A stretch of DNA of 58,845 nt from Bigelowiella natans CCMP2755 (GCA_000320545.1 ADNK01000066.1:1-58845), one strand, 5' to 3'. Counted from the first letter of the stretch, positions 1 through 13,232 are shown. Numbers and translations are program-made. Notes: generated from the letters alone by a model not told the origin.

Positions 1-185
1 AAACTATTGGTGAAGAAGAAGAAGAAGAAAAAGAAGGAAGAAAGCCTCTCCCAAGGTGGGGTACCAGCAGAGTCTGGTTATAAGTGGACTCAGTGGAGGA
101 GGGGGGGGTGGTAGATATTGCATGTTTCTTAGCACTAGACATTGACAAATTAGTTGTAGCGTTAGCAGAGGTAGTAGTCGTAGTG

Positions 186-216
<31 letters not shown>

Positions 217-413
217 CCACAAAGAAGAAGAAGAAGAAGAAAGAAGAAGAAGGGTACCACCAAACTACTATAGCCATTCCCTGATGGATGTTGTTGAGAG
301 ACTTAATAATAACTCATATATGCATAGTGTATCTCCTCCCCATCCTCGGACTGAATAACCAATTCCCATCATCATCATCATAGCATTTGTATCTCCTCCT
401 GTAAGCTGCTTAC

Positions 414-444
<31 letters not shown>

Positions 445-532
445 CGGTTATACATACATACGGCAGTGTTGGGTCAAATACATGCATCACTATCTTCTCC
501 TCCTCAATAAATGCTGTTGTTTTTAATTAGGA

Positions 533-671
533 ATGAGTGCTGTGGCAGTCGAGGTAGCTAAAGCCCGGATGAAACTTCTTGGGATGGGGGGGGAAGGAGG
601 AGGAGGAAAACAGCAGCAATTGAAGAATGAAAAGAAAAATATTAAGCAGTTGCAGCAGCAAAGAAAAATGG

Positions 672-704
<33 letters not shown>

Positions 705-2015
705 CAGTAATTGCAATTAAGAAGGGAGAGAAGAGCAGCAGCAGCAGCAGTGACATTAAGGATAATGATGATGATGACATGGAGGATGGGGATCTTAACA
801 ATGACCATGACCTATCGGCAAAGAAGGGGGAGAAGATGAAGATAAAGAAGAAAAACAACAGCTTACTTGAAAGTCTAGCTACTGCACGGGAGAAACTACT
901 TAATTCTAGTAGTAGAGGAAAAGAAGAAGAAAGAAGAGCCCTGCCAACATCATCATCATCATCCTTGTCTTGTTCTTCTTCATCTCCTACTACTACTACT
1001 ACTACTACTACTACTGTTCCTTTGACTGGGTTGGCAGCTAAACTTGCAAGAGCTCAGAAGATGCTTCTTACAAAGAACAGAAACAATGATGGAGAAGAGG
1101 AAGAAGAGGAAGATGATGATGTAGATAAAGATAGTGAAGATAGCAATGGTGGTGGTAAGGGTGGTAAGGATGATAGTGATGTTCCAAAAGTTCCAGAAGC
1201 GTATGGAAACGACAAAGAAGAGGGCAATGATCAAGATGACGAGGAGTATGATCCTACGCAAGCAATTGAGGATGATCAAGATGACGAGGAGTATGATCCT
1301 ACGCAAGCAATTGATGATGATTTCGATGAAGAAGAACACACACCAGCAGAAAACGGCAATAAGTCAATGTTGATAGTAGACGATGACTCGGAAGACTCTG
1401 ACGATGATGTCGTAGTGCAGCAGCAGAAGAAGAAGGGTTTATCATCATCATCATCATCATCAGGAGCAGCAACAGGAGGAGGAGGAGGAGGAGCAAAAAA
1501 GACGACGACGAAGAAGCGTCGTATTCCGAAAAAGATCCCGAAGAAGATCCCACGGCGCGCTACAAAGCCTAAAATCAACCGCAGATCATCATCATCACTT
1601 CGTCAACAACACCACCACCCGAACAACTCCTTGGGAAAGAAAAAGAAGAAGAAAGTAATGATGACGAAAAGGAGAATACCATCATCGTCATCATCGATGC
1701 AACCAAAACCTTCTTCTTCTAAAGGTGATTCTGCTTTGAGGCGTGATGTACTGAATGGGTTAAATGTAATGTGGCACGAGAACACAATTACCGGCCGCGC
1801 ACAGCTTCTTCAGAATCTTGTATTGGATGTTGAGCCACAACGATATCGGTAGTATGCTCATGGCGACCGATGAGTCTCATGAACGATGATGATGATGATG
1901 ATGATAATGATAATGATGATAATGATGACCACGACGATTATGAACGATTATGAAAATAATAAGTGAGCTATCGTCACGAATACTTGATTTTATGCTTATA
2001 GGTGCGCGTGTGTGC

Positions 2016-2051
<36 letters not shown>

Positions 2052-3484
2052 ATTATTATTTTCAAACATAAGCTACTATTGAATGCATGCCAAATATGAC
2101 AATCCAATGGATGGCATGGTTTTCTCCACAACCAGCTAATACAATAAGCTTACACTCACAATCGGCAATACTATTACTTATCATGATATATCACATCATC
2201 AACATTATCATCTTCTTCTCACACACCCTCCTCCTTTTATTATTATATAGCATCGCTGCTGTTGAGTTCATCAAGAGGGGAGGCATTGCAGTCCTCTCCG
2301 AGTGGATCTCAGAAGCCATTATGGATCTTCATCCAGGAGGTGACAACCGGTACATTCGTATGGCAGCTGTATGTCTTCGTTGCTTGGGAAAGCTATTCAA
2401 GTCAAACAGAGCCATCATCGATTGGAAGGGGTCTACAATAGCTTCTATTCGTAGGCTAGCCTCAGAGATACTTCACTCCAGTGGAAACAGTAGTGCTAAC
2501 ATTAACAGCAGCACCAGTAACACGATGATGATGACGCCAAACGAGGTGCAAGAAGCAGCTAGGCTACTTATTCAGACATTTCCTGGTAGAGGCGAAGATC
2601 ATTACCAACCGCAGCAGCAGTCACAACAACAACAACAACAACAGCCCCCTTTTAGTAGCACCACTACTACTACTACTACTACTACTAGTAGTAGTAGTAG
2701 TAGTAGTAGTAGAGGAGGAGGGAGAGGAAGGGGGAGAGGTAGAGCTAGAAGAGGGGGTAGAGGAAGCCGAGGAGGAGGAGGAGGAGGACGATTGGGTGGT
2801 GGTTCAAGATTACTATCAAAAACATCATCAACATCGAGCTCGATGATAGTCGTTAATACAGAGGAGCCTGATAATGGTATTAGCAAGGAAAATAAGGAAA
2901 AGAAGAAGAGGATTAGCTTCAAGGCGGATCTTGAAGAATGGAGGTCGCTGGCTGATTTGGATCTGCAACTGATACGGAATCACGTGCAACCAGAAATGAT
3001 TGATCATAATTGGCAGAACGACCGCAGCAATTCCATGTAAGTTAGTAATGTTATCATCATCTTTCATGTCTTCTGTTACGGGAGGACTTTAACAAAAATT
3101 TCTGAATAATTTCTCGGAATCGTGAGATTCACCATGAACACCGTTCAAAAAGGCCAAAGGCCGCCTTGTGCCGCCACAAATGCTAGTTGATGTTTTCCCC
3201 CATCCAGTAATATTAAAAACATGGAGAAAATCAAAATTATGATTGAAATGTGTTGTTGAATGGAAAGTTTGTGCTATTAAGGCAGCTAGTCAGTCGCGTA
3301 GCAAACTTGTCAAGATGAATCACCAATAACAGTTCTCTTCCCTTTACTCTTCCCATATAATAGGCTCATGCAGGACGAGGACCTGAAGTCAATAGGGGCT
3401 CCAAGAACGCAAAAATGGCTGGCATCTAAGCTAGAGAAGATACGTAGAAGACGTAGGCAGAAGGATGAAAAAAAGTCTATGTAG
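533..3484 (+). CDS. PNUTS/PPP1R10-like nuclear protein: low-complexity N-terminus, TFIIS-N-like helical domain, RGG tract and PP1-binding RVxF motif (5' end may extend upstream)
   Basis: Exons 533-1848, 2251-3036 and 3364-3484 join in consistent phase across GT-AG introns. FIKRGGIAVLSEWI...CLRCLGKL resembles a TFIIS N-terminal domain. KKKRISFKADLEEWR (2900-2944) fits [RK]-x(0,1)-[VI]-x-[FW]. An AG at 529-530 suggests an upstream exon. Confidence 0.55.
1229..1313 (+). repeat. 45-bp coding tandem duplication (DQDDEEYDPTQAIxD x2)
   Basis: GATCAAGATGACGAGGAGTATGATCCTACGCAAGCAATTGA occurs twice, 45 bp apart. Confidence 0.9.
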
Positions 3485-4501
3485 ATACAAAGTAGTAGTA
3501 GATGATATCTACGAATCATTTTTACTTGTTTGTCTTTTAAGCACTATGCGATGATGGTGTAGCACAAGGCAGCTTTTTAGACGCTCATAGATTCCAAGTT
3601 GTGAGAAGTGTCAGGGTTAACAATGCGAGGTTCATGATCGAAGGGCACAATTTAAGCAACGCTATAGAGTTTAGGCAGTGAAGTGCAGCTATATACAGAT
3701 GTAAATGGACATCTTTGTGTCTATAAATGGCCCCTCGTCATCATTGATTTGTTGAGACCACAGCTGGCTACACACTGGACATCGTCATGCATTACATATA
3801 GCATCTCCATATACGTCTACGTCTAGTGCGGATACGCATAGCAAGCATCGTAGCGCCATGCACGCTAAACAAACACATCCTCTAACTCATTCGATTCAAA
3901 TTGCAATAATGCATCACAATCGGTAAAAAGCCAGCACATGAATAGGCTCAGCAAGCTAGCAAGACGCTACATGCCATGATAAATGCCATGCTCCGCCGGT
4001 CATTCTAGCTAGCTAGTGTTCAATGAATGTGATGAAGTGGTGCATGATGATCGAAATAAATTGTGTCATGGATGGACCCCATGCATGTGGGGCGCACAGG
4101 TCCAATCATGTCTAGTCTATCTCATCTAGCTAGCTAGGCCTTGTTGATCATGCACAGCAGCAGCAAAAACTTGCAGTGTGTGCTACTAGCTCCGTGGTGC
4201 TGCATCACTGGGTGCTCACCCCGCAGCACTAGAGCACGTGCTCACGCAACACGACTCTCTGTCGTATCATGCATGCACTTGAGGACACACTGTTGTCATC
4301 TGCTACGTCTAGACGTGCTAGCACTGCATGGTACGCTAGTACGTACCACCCGCAAATGTGGTGTTATCATGAGCACGTTAAGCACACATATAACTGACAA
4401 TGATGTGTAACACTAGCTGTTGCACAATAGGTCCGTATTATCACAAAGAAGTACAAATTTGGAACGATAGGAAAGTATCATCTCTCAATACATTCATCTT
4501 T

Positions 4502-5009
4502 TTATTTTCCATGAGATTTCTTCTTCTTTTTCTTTTCCCTTTCTGCCGCGGCCGCCGCATCCTTCGCAAGCTCGCGCTCCTCTTCTTCCACTTCTTTCTC
4601 CGCAGCCATAACTACGTCAGGTGTGATGCCTAGGTTCTGTAAATAACCGTGAGATTAGTGGATATACACACACAATAAGCAGCATATCTAGCACGAGCAT
4701 CACGGTAAATGCCATATAGTCAAATGGGTGATTACACAAAACCGCACACAAACACACACACGGAAATGGCACCTCATTGTCCAGTATGGTCTGCGCTGTA
4801 ACAAATCTATCTTCCTCTTCTTCCTCCTCGCCCACATATGCCCACTTCCGGGTCTCGGGGTTAAAGAATGCACGCTGCCTGCTTCTATCCTTTTCAGCCC
4901 TTTCTTCGTCAAATCGATTATAGTTCATTTCGTGTGTTTTCCAGGAACTTATCTTACGTAGTGCCTCATCCCAATCTCTAGCCCACCTATAGCATGCATG
5001 TGTGTGAGT

Positions 5010-5053
<44 letters not shown>

Positions 5054-5133
5054 TTGAGGGGAGGGGAGGGGTTTGAGAGTAGCCGATGGGAGAGGGGGGT
5101 GTAGAGCAGCAGCAGCAGCAGGGATAACATAAG

Positions 5134-5164
<31 letters not shown>

Positions 5165-5283
5165 CATGGCAGCAGACTTAGACGAGAGTTTCTCAGCCCC
5201 ATCTTCAAACAAAAGTGGAGGTAGCATTTTAGAGACCTGGTGGATGGTATCAATATCAAATACTACTCCACAATTAGATGTAC

Positions 5284-5318
<35 letters not shown>

Positions 5319-6927
5319 ACTCTACTGACGTATTTTATTCTCCAACAGTCACTACAAGATACCCTTGTTCTCCTCCTTTTGTACATACTCTACAACGGCT
5401 AGTAATAATAATAATAATAATAATCATCATCATCATCATGACCTTTGTTGACATAATATTGAGATATCTCCTGCCTCTCTCCGTAATTCGGTGGCCTCTC
5501 CCTTCTGGATTTTTCTCAACTAGTCTAATGGCGACAAGCTCTTGAAATGCCTTTCGTATGTTCCCACCTGGACGATAGATAATTCATGCTCACATCCCAA
5601 GTAATGAATGGTGACGATTCCAAGGTGGTGTCTCATCAGGAGATATCATAAAATAGAGCTCATTAGTAGTACGAGTGATTATAATGAAGGTGTAGTGCTA
5701 CGTCACTACTATTATATATACCTGCAGCCTTTTTGGTTTTCCACGGCCTGTGCCCCCTGTTCTGCTTTCCCGAGAAGACTCTTCTTAGTTTCCCAACGCT
5801 CATCCATTTTTTCGCCAAATACGTATGTCGAAGTACAGCAGCTGCACGCGTGTAAAACCTGTATGATTATGCAGAGAATAATAATAATAAGAGGACTTCA
5901 CATCACGAGTAGTAATAATAAGAACCAACCAGTCATCATCCATCGGAGCTCGCTGGTTATGGCATCCAGTTTTGATAAACATTGCCTCCTCAGGAACTTT
6001 GATCTATCGTCGTTTGTACATCAATTAAGAATTAACAACCACACAATTTTTCCCACTACTACTACTACTACTACTACAACTACAAGTACTCCGACAAGGA
6101 GATGATCTTTTTCTTCTTATTCTTTTTCTACAATCACCTTAAACTTATCCCGAAGATCCGCGGCCACAAACTTAAGTAGCGCTTTTCAATTAAAATTCAA
6201 GAATTTAACTTTAAACGGTGTAGATACTATCAGCCCGACACAATAATTTGTGTACATTATGCTCAACCATAAACCAAGAAAAGACCAATTACTAGAGAAG
6301 AACAAACCTGGAGCAGGCACTTCTCTAACAGTCCGTTTTGGGCGACGACGATTCGAAAACCTTTGAGATCGATCGATCAAAAGTGAGGAGGAGGAGGAGG
6401 AGGAGGAGGAGGAGGAGACGGAGTATATACATCAGACTTTCATTCACTAGGCGAAAATGAAGGGATAGTTCTCTTTCCTAGCTTCTACGAATAGTTTAAC
6501 GTTGTGTGATGATAGTATCATCTCTCTGACTTTCACGAGTAGTCGTCCAATGGCATTGCGTGGCAACTTCAGTACCTTTCGAGATCCCAGTTTGTCCTCC
6601 CCTCAGTCCAATTCACTTTTCTATGAAGAGATTTTCGGCTCGGATCTTCTCGATCATCTGCACTATCTAGCCTACGTGCTGAATCTGCAGTGTTCGGTGA
6701 CCTAGTTAAATCCCCCCTTCCAACTCGCTTGCTCCAGCTCCCTCCAAACATCAGCAGAGCTGTTCCCGCCTGATCATGGAATAGTAATGATGTTTCACAA
6801 GATGATCATGCAAAGGAACGTCGTATATCCAATAATCAACAAAATAGCATTCTAGAACAGCTTAATTCAACAATAATATTCTGCCTAGCACATTAACCAG
6901 GAAGAGCGGGGGCAGGCGGGACACCAT
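4502..6927 (-). CDS. RPS19: Divergent 40S ribosomal protein eS19 with N-terminal signal/transit-like leader and acidic/Lys-rich C-terminal extension (candidate periplastid-targeted)
   Basis: Spliced translation: MVSRLPPLFL|AGTALLMFGG...RTVREVPAP|ALLKFVAADLRDKFK|IKVPEEAMFIKTGCHNQRAPMDDDW|FYTRAAAVLRHTYL...VGKLRRVFSGKQNRGHRP...AA|GGNIRKAFQELVAIRLVEKNPEGRGHRITERGRRYL. This aligns collinearly with eS19 (TVKDV, KVPEW..VKT, AP.D.DWFY.RAA, IRK.LQ.LE...LVEK). C-terminal exons are less certain; the protein ends ...EREKKKKKKSHGK* at 4502. Confidence 0.85.
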
Positions 6928-7529
6928 TGTGACGGCGCGACTAGATTCGTCAAGGAATAATACGTCAAAGGAAAGTTCTTGACGCAACTAGTAGTTCGAC
7001 ACGGATTTTTTCCTATTGATGTCATCCCAATTTGTTTTGGAAATAAAACATTATATTGTCGCACTGTATAAAATGATGATATTTAATATAAACGACTACA
7101 TATTGACCGTGTATCAAATCGGCGAGTTTTCTTCCGTTTTCTCCTAGTCACCGACATTTTAAAGGCCTTGTTGGGTGAGCTTCGCCAGAACCACGAGTAC
7201 CAACAGTTCCACGGACTCGTGCACAAAAGGAAGCAAATTGGCATTATAGAAAAAGATGAAATACTATGCATTTTGTCGGATATATACCCAAAAATCATGT
7301 CGGTGCAAATTATTTCAGTATACGTAATAAGTTTCAGGAGAGAAACAAGCTGGAGGAAAACATGGAGCGGCATGAAAAAGGGAAGACGAAACTCATGGAC
7401 ATTGGCCGAAAGAGCCAAAATCGTAAGATAATCGGCTTTTATTAATTTTCATGGTGAAATGAACCTGGATTTATGGTTCGATTTTAAGGGGTACTTTTCA
7501 AAACCCCACAATACTGTACAAACTTCGTG

Positions 7530-8599
7530 ATGATGATGCGTGGCTACTCCCTCCTCCTCCACCTCCTCCTCCTTGCTAGTCAAGCAGCCGCACAGCTCCA
7601 GTGCCAATCTTTCGCTCAAATATATGATAACGGTGACTAACTTTGAGCCTTATTTTGTCTTTCAACACCTAAGTATTCGACGTCTTTAGGAACTGAACTT
7701 TGTGAGAACATGTGGGGTGATGCGTTCAAGGTCGTCGACAACATCTCCGAGGCCTACACGATGTGGTTTTTCGACGATCAAAATCCGAATGCTCCGATCT
7801 CTCAACGACTTCATCCAACCGGAAATACTAGCACTTGCAACCTGCAGTACTTGCACAAGACCCTCCCAACCGCAGAAGGTGATGACTTCACTGAGTGCCA
7901 TCCTTGGAAAGAAGCTTCTTGCTGTTCCTCGAACACTGCGAATGTAACCAACCTTCTGAATGGATATGGGCCGGGCTATCGATGGGATAGATGCGGTACA
8001 TTGTCACAGGCGTGTGAGCGTTTCTTTGTCCAGGAGGCTTGCTTCTACGAATGCTCTCCCCATATTGGTCTTTACCGCAGATATGGCGGTCACGCCTGTG
8101 ATCCAGCATCTGGACAGTGTACGAATGTTCATAATGCTAGCAACCCTGGGCACAACACTTGGGAGGTATTTAAAATGCCAATTCGGAGGGATTATTGCGA
8201 TGCGTGGTGGACGGCTTGTCGTAACGATATGTTCTGCTCCAATTCTGGAGGAAATTACTTTGCCTGTGCCTTGATCCCGACCACACCGAATGTCACCACT
8301 CCTCCTCCTGAGGTCATCACCAACGAAACGACTGAGGAAAAGGAGGTGCTTGCCCCTGGACTGATTGCCCTTGTGGTGATCCTCGGCATTCTCTTGGTAA
8401 CGTTTTATGATGAATGTGGCAGCCCTTGTACACTTCTAAAAAACTATGATATCTACAGGTGGCTGTTGCTGGCTTCCTCTGTATTGTGTACCGCCGAGAG
8501 AAATCGGGAAATCCAATTTTTACCCCTTTGAAGGATCGAGAGTCCAAGATGCCGTCCCAACCAAGCATTGCCATGGTTAATGGAAAAGTTGATGTATGA
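7530..8599 (+). CDS. Folate receptor/riboflavin-binding protein family, type I membrane protein (signal peptide, Cys-rich domain, TM, cytoplasmic tail)
   Basis: Exons 7530-7632, 7690-8396 and 8459-8599 are in phase. Motifs CHPWKEASCC, WDRCGTLSQACERFFVQEACFYECSP and CDAWWTACRNDMFC match the folate-receptor fold. Signal peptide MMMRGYSLLLHLLLLASQAAA; TM LIALVVILGILLVAVAGFLCIVY. Confidence 0.88.
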
Positions 8600-10229
8600 G
8601 GAATTTCACTTGAAGAGCAAATGGTATCCGGTGAGTGACGTACAATTAAGATTATCCTTTCAAGGTTTTCAAAAACTTTGCTGATAGAAAATTTTAGAGG
8701 CGAGTATTTCCCAAGCCCAAAAATAAATGATACGCTGCGGGTGTTCCCCGTGAGTTCAGCACTATACTCACGGGGGGCTGAGATTCCACCGTTTGAACCT
8801 GATCAGGGTAATTCCTGCGAAGGGAAGCGATTCTATTTCGAAGAGCAGAAGATGCTCGCATTGAAAATGGTGTTTGCCGGTGTGGTTGGCTCTTTTGTGC
8901 CCTCCCCCCTCCAGTTTTGCCAAATAGGTACATCGCATCACAAAATGAGGAATCGTAACCGCTGAAAAGAGGTATCTAAATTCAATTTTCCTCGCTCTAT
9001 GACGTAAAACTATATCTGGGAAATGGTAGCAGAGAGTAGATGTGTAGGAGTACACATCATGTAGTATTTACAATTGTGTCCATTGATGTGCATGTTGAGT
9101 CACTTAAAGCCCTTGGGCTCACGTGGCCAATGTAAGCACACATCCCGTACGTATTTGCATTGAACTCATTTTGCATCATGCCTAGACGCATTATTGAAGC
9201 CGCAAATGCCACCACTGTCCTGGCTAGCTGGCCATCGCGCCATGTCCACTTGTTGCACAAGTGTTTGCGTGCCAGCGTAGCAGGCACATCTAGCTGCATG
9301 GGTGTCATGAAAAGTTTCTGTTTGTTCAGCGAAAGCGTTAGCTAGCTAGAGCGTGGTTTTTCATTCAACTGGTCAACATGCATTTTGCAATGAAAACTAG
9401 AACAACACAATGTTACGTTGTTGCTCACCAGCAGCAGCTGCACACGTTTACACATGCACTAGCATAGGCAGACAATGCACGACCTAAATGCGCGCCCTTC
9501 AAGACCGAAATGACATGCATTTGATTGCATGAAACACATCATAGCGGAGACCAACAGATTCAACATTAGCGCTAATGACATTAGCGCTGTGGCCGCTGCA
9601 TTGCACAGCTACATGAGGATGACCAATGAACAAATTTAATTTGATTGATTACATCCGTCTTGCAGACTGTAGCATCTGCTTCTGGCATCAATCTTCCACC
9701 GATCTCATGCTCTTGTTTGCATGAGGCACTTAACTTGCTGGAGAATCTTTGGAATTGTATAATGAGGCAGAAAAAGATATGCTATGCTATCAGCCTTGTG
9801 TATTGTCATCTAGATGTCAGGAAAGTCTTTGCACGTACGGTTGTTTCGCTGTGCACGCCGTAGTCTACTGTCATTGAACTCCAAGTTCCATTGCTCCTTT
9901 GCTAAGCTATCGGCTTTCATTGGAAATGTCGGCCACTCGTCTTTGTGGAGCCGCACAAGTTGCATTCTCCTTCAAATTGATTGCAAATGTAAGAGATTTC
10001 AACTACTTACTGTAACGCAATTCTCGAAATATTTCACAGCTCATTGTCTTTATGCTGCAATCTTAGAAATTTGAACTCACTACATATTTTCATTTTATCA
10101 TATTTAGAGAATTCAAAAACCTTGTTCTTATAGTGCATGAAATATCATCTTATGTTAATTGAACAATATCGGTATTTGATTGCGTCACAGTACACTTCCC
10201 CCCCATCTACTCTGTTCCACTCACTTTTA

Positions 10230-11273
10230 CGAGATTACCTTTGAACGATACTCACATTCGGTGCAATTAATCCCTGGAGCATATATCAGGAATGTGTGCA
10301 TCTCTGCGGTGGTGTCCCTATCATCATTATCATCTCTTTTATCTACGTCTTCTGCCGATGATGCCGCTATGGAAAATCCCTCATTATTGGATGTAACGTT
10401 AGAGGTATCATAGTCGTTAATGGAAGATGCGGACTTTGGTTTTGTGGCGGCCTGTTGCAGCATCACGTTTATTACATCACTATCTGATTAAACTCAAGGA
10501 AAGAGTAGATAGAACAACAATCTTAATCATATTAAACTATTATCGCTCATCATTCTTTTTTGTCAACCGACATTATTATAGTCCTTGTTCTTCTGGGAGT
10601 GGTGTAGTTGTGTCCTTATGACATTGTTGTTGTTGTTGTTGCTGCTGCTGCTGCTTTTGGAGCCTAACATTAGTAGTAGTGTTTCAAAGGAACAAACTAA
10701 TCATTATCAGAAGAGTATGAATGAAAAATGATAGAATCAAAATTGGGTGGTTGGTTGTCACCAGCAACTTTCAATATCGACTTTAAATAAAACAACCATG
10801 TTGCATGGAAATACCGCAAACAAAAGATGTGGACCACCAATAAGAACACACACACACACACACACACATACTATCATTTTGTATAAAGTATTAGAATATC
10901 ATCAAAATATGATGGACAAACCACACCGGGGCAATCAACCACGTAGTCTCGATCGATGTAGTGTTCCTAGACGATAATGGTGGTTGTGGTGGTGATGAAG
11001 GTGAAGAAGAGGAAGAAGAAGAAGAAAAAAATAATGATGATGGAAATAATGATGATGGAAATAATGATGATAGTAGGCAACAAAAGGCAGCAGCACCATA
11101 GTCAATCCCTAGAGATAAAAACGACGATAGTCTATGTTTTTTTCTCTTTCTCTCTCTTTCTTTTAAATCATTACCATTATCGCTAGCATCATCATCATTC
11201 TTCAATATCATTAGTTTTCTCGTAGAGAGTATTATCTATCTATCTTCATCTTGAGAAGCTACTGCTCCTACTG

Positions 11274-11304
<31 letters not shown>

Positions 11305-12429
11305 AACTACCTCAACCAATTCACCCTGCAACGTGCGAAAACGGAAGGTGTGGGTAACGAAGGTCTGATGATGATGAAGAAGATGATGATGATAATAATT
11401 TATCAATATTGGGAGGGTGGTTAGAGAAAAGTAGTACCAATTCAAAGTTGTAGTGAGCTGCTGCTGGATTGTCCCCCCCCCCTTGTTTTCGTTCCACATC
11501 ATCATCTTGGCTATTCCTTCTCCTTCTAGATTTTTTAAATACAAATTTTCTTATATTAACAACTTGACAAATAAGCAATATGATATGAATTTGTTATGGG
11601 GAAAAGAAGGCTCGAGATAGCATTCGGACTGCTGCTGCTGCTACTAATACTTCTACTGATTCACTGTTCGCTAAGAATAACAAAATCTCGATGTAGATAA
11701 TGGTGGAAAGATAATGATATGCAGAGAGACAACACAATCGTTTGTCTTCTTCTTCTTCTACTACTACTACTACTACTACTACTGTTACTACTCTATCTCA
11801 AAGGCGAGAATTTCCTTATCCCCTGTATCATAGTACGCCGCCTGTTTTTAGGTGTTAATTACTTCGTCAGTTGTCATGGACTAGAAGGATGGCAATACTG
11901 ATCAAGATTTCCTGTTGTTGAATGTGTATCATTTGAAAGATCTCTGTTTACCTTTGTTGCTGCAAGTACACACATGTTAAATGCATAAAAAACTTGTCAA
12001 CATACCCGTCATCATCGTCAACATCGTCGTCATCATTATCATCATCATAATCCTATTACAAAATAGTCTTAACTATCACAATTTCTCTCCAACTACCAGT
12101 GCGCAGTCAACATCGTTTCGAAACACCGTAGTAATAAAGTTGCAGTTTAAAGGCCGATCACTCCCACTCTGACGTAAGTATGTACACACATTTATGCATA
12201 CATATTGATATATGCTAGATTATGAAAGAAGCTGGTGCTCCAAAGAAGTAGTGATAAGACTACTGCAACGTTGATTGGAATACATGCATCTTCTTCTACT
12301 CTTAATAACACCCAACAACCTCTCCAATCTGCGGTGTTTCCGGATGTCTTCCAGTGATATCTTGTGTGCTGTTGCCTGATATGATGATGAGGATGATGAT
12401 GATGATGATGAATATGTTGCTAATGATCA

Positions 12430-12504
<75 letters not shown>

Positions 12505-13047
12505 TATTATTTATCTCTCTATATCTATCTCGCGCGAGCGCACACGAAAGGTACAAAGTAGATAGCATAGTACATATTAACATGCAGCAGCAGATATATC
12601 TCACAGTGGCGCACAATACAGCAAGTGAATGCAAAATGGTGAATCATACATTGCACATTATTGATATTCCTTACAACCCTAGCCCCGACCTAACGATAAT
12701 CATAATGGATGATGAGAGGATGAAAATGATGATGATGATGATGATGATGATTGATCAACATATGACATTTCACTAATCTCCACTAAATGTACTACTACTA
12801 CTACTACTACGACTTATGAGAGGATTTGTTTGAGCACTGTTTTTAGAAGCAGCGTTGCTGCTGCCTTGATACTTTTGGCTCATACTCTCATCTCTTCTGT
12901 GTGTGTGGATGATGATTTGTTTCAAGAAGATCATGCCAACGATAATCACATCATCTTACATCTTCTTCTTACCACAAATAATATCTCTCATAACCCCTAC
13001 TCCTTTTGTTTCACAAATATAATCATGCATGCTACCATCACACCACG

Positions 13048-13078
<31 letters not shown>

Positions 13079-13232
13079 AACTGTTTCCTGAGTGTTAGTG
13101 TTGTTGTCGTTGTTGTCGTTGTTATTGCTTCCTCACCGTATGAACCATGAGAAGCTCGTTTGTGCGTGTACTACGAGCTGTGAATACGTGGCCTGGGCGC
13201 ATAATAGAAGGAGGTAGGGAGAAAGAGAGAGA

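Noticed and set aside
1229-1313. Direct repeats as a CRISPR-like array (also 18110-18318 and the 18-bp repeat at ~53877-53913)
   Set aside because: Only two copies each, no unique-spacer array, no cas genes, eukaryotic context.
7083-7431. Short ORFs between RPS19 and the folate-receptor gene
   Set aside because: No recognisable motifs or splice support; they lie in a probable bidirectional promoter.
12302-12776. ORFs with IYIYIY, CVCVCV, HTHTHT, SLSLSL or poly-I/L/V runs here and throughout
   Set aside because: Translations of intronic microsatellites or antisense frames of trinucleotide coding runs.
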